Shown in pieces: positions 56,962 to 64,000 of a stretch of 64,000 bases of DNA. The position numbers and the translations under genes are program-made. Source of the stretch: a virus (taxonomy: Duplodnaviria > Caudoviricetes); the IMG/VR virus record IMGVR_UViG_3300014059_000005, positions 1 to 64,000 of that record; one strand, written 5' to 3'. Position 1 is the first letter of the stretch; each line of letters opens with the position of its first letter. The notes beneath the pieces are model-generated. The model was not told the origin of the DNA. It did not search any database and saw only the letters and a list, made by a program, of their open reading frames with translations.

Positions 56962-57215
56962 ATGATCTCATCGCCCACGGGATCCCACTGTCCAATGTGT
57001 GGGTAGTTCTTGGCATCTTCTGCCGCGTAGGGGCGGAATTCGGCCTTCCAGACGGCCGCCCTTCCCGTCTCGGACTCCAGTACCTTATCCCTGGCAAGTC
57101 GCAATGCCTCCCCCAGGGAGGGGACCAGTCTCTTGCGCAGGATCGATGTGTCCTCGGGATATCTCCTGTGGACACACCATTCCACACACCACCTTACCTC
57201 TCCAACGACCGGCAT
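56877..57215 (-). CDS. hypothetical protein with EEIP repeats
   Basis: GGAG RBS on minus strand; promoter TTGACT-N16-CATAGT at 57293-57266. Confidence 0.55.
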   Translation of the reverse strand: MPVVGEVRWCVEWCVHRRYPEDTSILRKRLVPSLGEALRLARDKVLESETGRAAVWKAEFRPYAAEDAKNYPHIGQWDPVGDEIIYEDIPEDILEEIPEEIPEEIPEELVLR

Positions 57216-57443
57216 GGTTATCGTCTCCGTCAGGAGTGAATTGTCGCGGTTCCACCCACGCAACAACTATGCCATACTTTTCGGGAAAGTCAAATCGGGG
57301 TGACATCCCCCTTTCGACTTTCACTGGTCGATTATTCCTCCGAAGGGAATAATGCCAGTTGTGTGATCTGCAAGGGATCGACGACACAAAGACGTGTCCC
57401 GATCGCTTTTACCAAAACCTCCTACTACTGGAGTGGCAAACCA

Positions 57444-57905
57444 ATGCCTGAACGTCAGCCTACGAAGAACGCACTCTTCATCGCCGGCACCAACCTGGAG
57501 TCCGGCACCCCCAATACTGGCCAGATCCAGTACACGCTGGGCGGAACCAAGACCTATACCCGGTTCTCGGGCACCGTGGGTCCGGATACCGCGATCTGGG
57601 TGGGTGCGGGACGTCTGGACTCTCTGTACCTGATCCCGTCCGCCGACCAGGCGGCATCGGGCAAGACGATCCTGTTCTACGACTCGGCCGTCGTTGCCTC
57701 GGGTGGTCCTATTGCGGCCTCCGGCCACAAGGTGCTGGCCGGTATCCAGATCGGCGGTACTCCACAACCTGCCAATTTGTCGGGCCTCATCAACTACGGG
57801 GGCCTGGTCCAGTGCGGCTTCCCGTTCAACTCCGGATTGGTGGCCACCACCGCCTCCGGGCAGTTCGGGTTCTCCGTCAGCTTTACCCCAGTTGTCAGCG
57901 GTTGA
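57444..57905 (+). CDS. SG-rich virion protein
   Basis: GGAG RBS, beta-rich, many SG pairs. Confidence 0.65.
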   Translation: MPERQPTKNALFIAGTNLESGTPNTGQIQYTLGGTKTYTRFSGTVGPDTAIWVGAGRLDSLYLIPSADQAASGKTILFYDSAVVASGGPIAASGHKVLAGIQIGGTPQPANLSGLINYGGLVQCGFPFNSGLVATTASGQFGFSVSFTPVVSG

Positions 57906-58002
57906 TCGGCTCATTCTTCCCGGTGTGGGGTAGGTCCGGCCAGCCTCCCCACGCCGTTTATACGCTGTTTCCTAGCCCGATACCGGACTCCCTGGGTTGT
58001 CT

Positions 58003-61000
58003 ATGGACGCTATCACGCTACTGGGATACCTGACCAAAGACCTCCAGCAAACGCAGGAGTCCCCCGAGGCCAAAGTCAAGTATGGCTATCTGGGAGCAAT
58101 TCTCCCCCCACGTCTTGCCAACCAGATCACCGATTGGGTCCGCAAGAATATTCCGAACTCCGTTCTCGGTGCTGGTGGCAGGGAAACCACCCCTCATGTG
58201 ACTATCAAGTATGGGTTCATCCAGTCTGGCCCGGAGACCCTGCGGGCGGTCCAGCACTATCTCTCCACAGTCCGACCCTTCCCCATCAAGTTGCTGGGGG
58301 TGTCTCTCTTCAAGGGCAACCCCGATGGGGATGTCCTCAAGATCGATGTGGAGTCCCAGGAGTTGCGGAGACTCAACCGGGAGTTCTCTTCGCGATTTCG
58401 CTGCCATGACAAACATCCCCACTACCATCCGCATCTGACCCTGGCTTATGTCGATCCAAGGCATTCGGGAATGCTGGTCCGCAGGGTGCCCTATTTCCTC
58501 CCTACCGAGGTGATGATCGATACCCTGGAGTTCTCCACTCCCGAGAGGGAGAAGACCCACATCCACCTCTCCCGTGGTCTCAAGGCCATGTCCTATCTGA
58601 ATAACCTCACGGGTGGTGCCCTGGTGGGAGCCAGGGTCCCTGAGAGGCTCCAGGAGAAGAAGCGATCGAAGTTGCTCTGGGAGCGCAAGGCCCTCAAGAG
58701 CCCCCAGGCTGGCTCCCGGATGCACGAGGAGAAGCAGATGTCCGAGGAGGACGTCAAGGCTTCTCTGATTGCTGATGTCCTGGCGTCGGTCCTGACTCCA
58801 AATCCATCCGGGCAGAAGTTCCTGACTGGATATCTGGTGAAAGGATATGAGGAGAAAAAGGACAGTAGGGGTCGTCGATATTGCTATGACCCCGATAAGA
58901 AGCCTTCTCGGATACCTTGCAGAGTAAAAGATGAGGCAGAAAAGACCGGAGGCGGAAATCAGCAGACTCCACAGCAACAAGCTCCCGCCCAGGGAGCCCA
59001 AGGACCGGCCCAGGACCCGACCACCCAGGGGCAAGAAGCGGCCCAGGAAGCCCAGCAAGGGGCTCAGGAAGGCCCCCAGGATGCCCCACAAGGCGAGCAG
59101 AAGCAAAAGAGACGCTACGCTCGCCGTGGCTCCAACAAGGTCACTCTGGACGACGCCAGGGCCAAGATCGCTGAGGTCAAGGCGAAAATCGCCGAACTCA
59201 AGGGCGAGCCCATCCCCGAGGAGTTGGTGAACGGTCTGATCCAGACTCTCTGGGACATGACCGTGGTCAACCTCAAGGCCCTCCGCAAGGAGGTCGGTGC
59301 CAGGACTGCTCCCAGGAAGCCGGAGTTGATCGATAAGATCAAGAACGTGGTTGCCGTACCTGCTGAAGAGACCCCAGCGGAGGAGCCAGTAGCAGAACCG
59401 ATGGCAGAGGAAACTCCGACTGAGGAAACTCCGACTGAGGAAACACCAGAAGAAGTTCCTGCTGAGGAACCTGTAGCGGAAGAAGTTGCGGAAGAGACCC
59501 CAGCAGAAGAAGTCCCAGTTGAGGAAACTCCCGCAGAACCCGAGCCTGGCAGTTTCGAGGATGATAGTGACCTTACGGGTGAAGAGACCGAAGCAGCCCA
59601 AACCGAAACCCCAGAAGCAGTCGAAGAGGTAGCTCCGGAAGCGACCCAAACTCCAGAGCCGACTCCAGAGCAATCTCAGGAGACCCCCCAAGAAACTCCT
59701 CAAGAACAGATCCAGGAGGAGACTCAGGAACAGGAGACACCCACCGCCCCACGCGAACCCAGAAAGCTGGATCGCAAGGAAGCAGCTGGGCTCATTAACA
59801 AATATGGGGTGGGTAAGCCCGGAGCGAATACCCCGCTCCACAAGGAAGCCCCCGACGTGGCCATCCTTGTGGACGACATCGCCAACGCGGTTGCGGATGG
59901 GGAGCGGCCCGCTGGCAAGGATGTTCGGAAACTCATGGATGTCGTCGAGGAAGCTGCCTACGATCCCGATGGCTGGGGCAAGCTGGGCAATCGGGAGACC
60001 TATGAGGATCTCCGAGACCTGGTGCTCACCGCCAGCAAGAATCGCTATGAACCCACAGATCCAGTGGAGAAATCCGGAGAGGTAACTCCCCGGGGAGAAA
60101 CCAAACCCAAAGGACCCGTTGCCGATCGGTTTGCGACCAAGGCCACCGATATCAAGCCCGTGGATGCTGCCCGAGCCGATGAGATCGCCAAGAAGTATGG
60201 TATGCGACAGGGATCCAAACTCAGATCCCGTGATACCATGATGGCCACCGCTGTCGAGGGTCTGGCCCAGGCGGTCAAACAGGGTGGACAGGCCAATGCC
60301 AGGTTGATAGAGAAAGTCACCGAGCAACTGGACGCCGCTGCCCGTGACGAGACGGGTTATGGTGTATTTGGTGATCAGGAAGCCTACGAAGCGATCCGGG
60401 ATCTGGCGGTCCAGGCTTCTGGTGGTGCCTACGAGCCCGTCGCCCCCGTTGAAAAATCGCAACCCACCACCGAAGAGAGAGTGGATCTTCAGGACGATGT
60501 TTTCGATGAAGATGTTGGTGATGAGACCGAGGACATCGGTAGTGGAAATGAAAAGCAGGATAAACTGGTCCGGGAATACTCAAAGCGAGAAGCAGAAAAA
60601 GAAGCAGAACTTCAAAGACGTGAGCAAGAAGCTGGAATTGGATCTGGGACACCTGAAGGCCGAGAGTGGCTGCAATATCAACACAAGGGAGAGAAATCCC
60701 CCCCACAAGAGGCAAGCACCATAGATGCCGCTGCCGCCAAAAAACTACTAAAGATTCTGCGGAGCAACGCAGAGACTGGAATTGAGCCACAGACTGCTCT
60801 AGGTCTTCGTGTGATGGCTCGTCAGATCGCTGAGGGGCGTGAGGTTTGGGATATTGGCCGCAAGGATCTGGACAATCTGATTCAGCAGGCTACCGATGAT
60901 CCAGACGGGTATGGTCCTCTGGGCAATGCCGAAGCCTACCAGGCAGCTATCGATCTATTGCATACTGCTACCAATGGGAAATACACAGGCCCCGAAGTTT

Positions 61001-62790
61001 CTCCGGATCGTCCATCTCCACGAGTAAACAAGAGCGAGAGCATAACGGCTCAGAAATTGGATAAGAGAGATACCCAGAAACTTCGGGATAAATATGAAGA
61101 AGGATCGGATCCGCGAAAAACCTATGAATCTGGATTGTCACCTTCCGGAACTAATAAGTATGTGGCCAGAAGAATGGCGGCTCTGGCAAGGGCTGTACAA
61201 GAAGGGGAGTTGCCGAATAACGAAGTTTTGAACAAGGTGCCCCGTTGGATCCAAGAAGCTGCTGATGATCCCTATGGCTATGGGGCATTTCGCACCGAGG
61301 AAAACTACCAGAACGCGATCAACCTCCTGCATACTGCCACCGGAGGAGCCTACAAAGGTCCAGAGGGAATCGAAAAGACCCCCCAGAAAGGCTCCGTGGA
61401 GGCAGCAAGAGAAACCACCACCGAGAAGCCCACCACCGACACCGAGGCTCTCACTCCCGAAGATGTGCAGCAACAGGAGGTCGAGCAGGAGACTGCTACT
61501 CCTAGCAACGAAACTCCGAAAACTGCATCGCAGAATTCGCAGCCACGACCCACACTGAATAATGCGTCATCTACGAGCCCGGCTGCCAAGAAACGTCTAC
61601 CAGATCCCCAGAAGGATTTCCCTGGGTTCATTCGGGACATCCAGTCGATTGCTGATGGTTTGGATAGGGGTTGGGGTCCCAACAAGGTATACATTTCCGA
61701 TGTCTACAACGCTTTGAAAGAGGCGAATCCTGGACTCACCCCAGAGTATTTCAAGTGGGCGCTCAAGGTTGCCAATCAGAGGGGATTGTTAAGTCTTAGC
61801 CGTGCCGATCTGGTTCAGGCCATGAATCCAGAAACGGTGAAAGCAAGCGAAATCAATATGAGTCCTGGAGCATCTGCTCACGAATCTACGGGATATGGTG
61901 CCACTACATCGCATTTCATCCTTTCCTCCTCTACGGATAGGTTGCAGCCAAAGGACATCGTAGACGGCGAGATGTATGAACAAGGGAGAGGTAATGAGAA
62001 GGGATCTCGCGAAGACATAGCATCGGTATATTCCGAGATGCAAAAGAAAGAGACGCAAGATACGGATAAACCACGGGTCGAGCCCAACAAGAGCAATCTG
62101 TCCAGATTCCGCAGGAATAAGGTAGGAGAAGGAGGTCTCAAGCCTCCCAGAATCGGTAGCAAGCAACCAGCAACGGCCCAGGAAGCTACTGGTGGAACTC
62201 AGGAGACCACCCCCGAACAGCAGTCACAGCAGCCTGTGGGCAATGAACCTGTTGCATCCGAAGCAGTCAGCAAACCCACGAGCCCCCGATCAGCAACCAA
62301 GACAACCTCCAAACCTTCTACCTCTACCGTCGCAAAAGCTTTCCGCGATCTGGACACCGAGAACTTCAACCAGGTCTCCCTGGACAAACTCCTGGCCAAG
62401 ACTGGATATACCCCAGAGCAACTCCACGGGGTGGTTCGGGATATGGTCAAGCGGGGACTGCTGACCACCCAGGGTCCAGAAGGGAGACATGGCCTGTCCC
62501 CCGCAGAGCGAGAGGCCATGATCCCACCTGGTGATGATTTCATGCAGGGGGTGATGTACGTCTCCGTGCCCACCGGCAAGGAGGAGGAATTCACCAGGAC
62601 TATCAAGGAAGGCAAGGAAACAGGTCCGACCAAGGGCGATGCCGTAGCGACTTCTGGGGAGGGGGTGGAATCCTTCGATTGGGGTTCTGAAGGATCGGCA
62701 CAACCAACCAGGAAAACAGAGACTCCCAAGCGAGCCGTTCGGGACAGGGAGACCGTTACCCCCAAACCTCCCAGAATCCGAAAGAAGTAA
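58003..62790 (+). CDS. large protein with N-terminal 2H phosphoesterase (T4 57B/Acb1-like), acidic linkers and 4 internal repeats
   Basis: PHVTIKYG and YHPHLTLAYV (two HxT motifs); E/P/T-rich low-complexity tracts. Confidence 0.75.
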   Translation: MDAITLLGYLTKDLQQTQESPEAKVKYGYLGAILPPRLANQITDWVRKNIPNSVLGAGGRETTPHVTIKYGFIQSGPETLRAVQHYLSTVRPFPIKLLGVSLFKGNPDGDVLKIDVESQELRRLNREFSSRFRCHDKHPHYHPHLTLAYVDPRHSGMLVRRVPYFLPTEVMIDTLEFSTPEREKTHIHLSRGLKAMSYLNNLTGGALVGARVPERLQEKKRSKLLWERKALKSPQAGSRMHEEKQMSEEDVKASLIADVLASVLTPNPSGQKFLTGYLVKGYEEKKDSRGRRYCYDPDKKPSRIPCRVKDEAEKTGGGNQQTPQQQAPAQGAQGPAQDPTTQGQEAAQEAQQGAQEGPQDAPQGEQKQKRRYARRGSNKVTLDDARAKIAEVKAKIAELKGEPIPEELVNGLIQTLWDMTVVNLKALRKEVGARTAPRKPELIDKIKNVVAVPAEETPAEEPVAEPMAEETPTEETPTEETPEEVPAEEPVAEEVAEETPAEEVPVEETPAEPEPGSFEDDSDLTGEETEAAQTETPEAVEEVAPEATQTPEPTPEQSQETPQETPQEQIQEETQEQETPTAPREPRKLDRKEAAGLINKYGVGKPGANTPLHKEAPDVAILVDDIANAVADGERPAGKDVRKLMDVVEEAAYDPDGWGKLGNRETYEDLRDLVLTASKNRYEPTDPVEKSGEVTPRGETKPKGPVADRFATKATDIKPVDAARADEIAKKYGMRQGSKLRSRDTMMATAVEGLAQAVKQGGQANARLIEKVTEQLDAAARDETGYGVFGDQEAYEAIRDLAVQASGGAYEPVAPVEKSQPTTEERVDLQDDVFDEDVGDETEDIGSGNEKQDKLVREYSKREAEKEAELQRREQEAGIGSGTPEGREWLQYQHKGEKSPPQEASTIDAAAAKKLLKILRSNAETGIEPQTALGLRVMARQIAEGREVWDIGRKDLDNLIQQATDDPDGYGPLGNAEAYQAAIDLLHTATNGKYTGPEVSPDRPSPRVNKSESITAQKLDKRDTQKLRDKYEEGSDPRKTYESGLSPSGTNKYVARRMAALARAVQEGELPNNEVLNKVPRWIQEAADDPYGYGAFRTEENYQNAINLLHTATGGAYKGPEGIEKTPQKGSVEAARETTTEKPTTDTEALTPEDVQQQEVEQETATPSNETPKTASQNSQPRPTLNNASSTSPAAKKRLPDPQKDFPGFIRDIQSIADGLDRGWGPNKVYISDVYNALKEANPGLTPEYFKWALKVANQRGLLSLSRADLVQAMNPETVKASEINMSPGASAHESTGYGATTSHFILSSSTDRLQPKDIVDGEMYEQGRGNEKGSREDIASVYSEMQKKETQDTDKPRVEPNKSNLSRFRRNKVGEGGLKPPRIGSKQPATAQEATGGTQETTPEQQSQQPVGNEPVASEAVSKPTSPRSATKTTSKPSTSTVAKAFRDLDTENFNQVSLDKLLAKTGYTPEQLHGVVRDMVKRGLLTTQGPEGRHGLSPAEREAMIPPGDDFMQGVMYVSVPTGKEEEFTRTIKEGKETGPTKGDAVATSGEGVESFDWGSEGSAQPTRKTETPKRAVRDRETVTPKPPRIRKK

Positions 62791-62792
62791 TC

Positions 62793-63032
62793 ATGATCGG
62801 AAGAGTAATCTCCCCCAAGATCAGTTTCACCCTGGAAGATGACGGATCCGTAACCTCCAGGGATCCCGATATCCAGGAGTTGTTCACCCGCAGGTTCCAG
62901 AACTACCTCATGACCTATGGCCCAGCGGATGGGCCTATGGGTGTCAGATTCCTCAACGATACCGCTAGGTCTCTGGGTGGTAAGGCCCAGATCCAGAAGA
63001 GACCTCCGGCTCCCAAGGGTATTGTGTACTAG
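62793..63032 (+). CDS. small hypothetical protein
   Basis: 79 aa, YGPADG motif, in operon. Confidence 0.55.
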   Translation: MIGRVISPKISFTLEDDGSVTSRDPDIQELFTRRFQNYLMTYGPADGPMGVRFLNDTARSLGGKAQIQKRPPAPKGIVY

Positions 63033-63040
63033 GTGTATTG

Positions 63041-64000
63041 ATGCGAACCTCCATCTTGCTATCCCGTGGTAGATCAGCAATTCCCCCCTCTCTGGGGAGA
63101 TCGGGGATACTCCACGCCAGGAGCAAGAAACTCGTCCCACCCAATCCTCCAGGGATCAAGCCCTTGCCAGGAGGTCCGGTTTCGGCACCCATGCCGAACA
63201 CCGCTCCGGGTAATCCCAATGACCCCAACGAGCAAAAGCGCCGATCGGAGATGATTGCCACGATCCTTTGGTACTCGCTGGCGGATAAAGGAACGCGCAC
63301 TACCGAACAGGCCCCGGCAAAAACTACCCCGAAGACTCCTACCAAGACTCCTACCAAGGGCCTGATCATCCGCACCAAGGAGATCATTCAGGACGTAGAC
63401 AGCATTGGTCGGCAGTATTGTGTGGATACCAATCAAGGGGGGTTGCGGGTTCCGTGTCCGGGAGTAGTGGAGGTCCCGGAGAAGAAGGAAAGGGTCAGGA
63501 ACAATCGGGTCTATGAGATGATTGCTGCATTGGGAGAACTACATACGGGTAATCCCAGTGATCGGAAGGTGGATTCCGTATTCAATCGGCTGGACAAACT
63601 CAATGTGGCCGAACTCCAAAAAGTCGTGGATTTCTATGCGGGCCGACCTGGGGCTACTCTTCCCCCCAAGGATGTCAAGGATCAATTAACGGAAGCCGTT
63701 ACCAAGAAGCGGACCAAGCCCTATACCGCCAAGATTCCAGATCCTACCCCGGATGAACCACCTATTCCTCTGCAAGATCCGGGCAAACCTCCACCACCCG
63801 AGGCTGAGGAGACTCCACAACCGCCTCCACCTCCAGAGCCCGAAGCGGAGACTCCTCCAGAGGCCCCAAAACCTCCCAAGGAAAAGAAACCTAGGACCAG
63901 GAAGCCCAAAGCTACCAAAGCCCCCACAACAAAAGCAGATAGGACTGGGAGTCCTCGGAACAAAACAGAGGCTATTCATGACATTGTGGATATTGTTACA
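63041..64000 (+). CDS. large Pro-rich protein, partial (runs off the window), sharing a module with 58003-62790
   Basis: Translated by hand: open from ATG 63041 to the window end; contains DSIGRQYCVD...RVPC. Confidence 0.7.
   Translation, partial: MRTSILLSRGRSAIPPSLGRSGILHARSKKLVPPNPPGIKPLPGGPVSAPMPNTAPGNPNDPNEQKRRSEMIATILWYSLADKGTRTTEQAPAKTTPKTPTKTPTKGLIIRTKEIIQDVDSIGRQYCVDTNQGGLRVPCPGVVEVPEKKERVRNNRVYEMIAALGELHTGNPSDRKVDSVFNRLDKLNVAELQKVVDFYAGRPGATLPPKDVKDQLTEAVTKKRTKPYTAKIPDPTPDEPPIPLQDPGKPPPPEAEETPQPPPPPEPEAETPPEAPKPPKEKKPRTRKPKATKAPTTKADRTGSPRNKTEAIHDIVDIVT

Noticed and set aside
58018-60462. 814-aa minus-strand ORF and other long antisense ORFs (616-1623, 4228-5295, 24607-25623)
   Set aside because: Antisense shadows of well-supported + strand genes in GC-rich DNA; no motifs.
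1-64000. tRNA/rRNA genes, integrase, major capsid gene
   Set aside because: None recognised by eye in this window.

Overview
This window is a segment of a large tailed dsDNA phage or prophage. The likely host is a planctomycete (Gemmataceae-like), inferred from a TIGR02996-like protein, CxxCH proteins of planctomycete type, and FGE-type motifs. Almost all genes are on the + strand. (1) 0.2-9.6 kb: an early/host-takeover region of small genes, most behind their own TTGACW-N16/17-NATAGT promoter. (2) 10.5-16.2 kb: the most unusual part. It has 18 stem-loop units with variable, self-complementary stems closing on GGAC...GTCC and a fixed 27-nt loop (GA-N9-T-NNN-GA-N9-T, i.e. two 9-nt variable spacers). 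They flank a nuclease-less Nop/IS110-like gene, forming a TIGR-Tas-like RNA-guided system. They are interleaved with nine mini-genes of about 60 aa, mostly translationally coupled, each a hypervariable copy of the FGE/C-type-lectin C-terminal (DGR variable-region-like) segment. (3) 16.2-19.6 kb: small terminase plus a large terminase split into ATPase and nuclease genes. The nuclease carries an intein that hides an HNH endonuclease in another reading frame. (4) 19.6-34.5 kb: sigma factor, thermonuclease, matrixin, CxxCH proteins, an orphan Csf1-like gene, portal and HNH. (5) 34.6-57.9 kb: a strikingly Ser-Gly-rich structural module next to three glycosyltransferases and a multi-domain methyltransferase, plus a second sigma factor. 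(6) 58-64 kb: a 1595-aa protein with an Acb1-like 2H phosphoesterase, and a related ORF running off the end. All calls come from reading motifs by eye; no database search was run.
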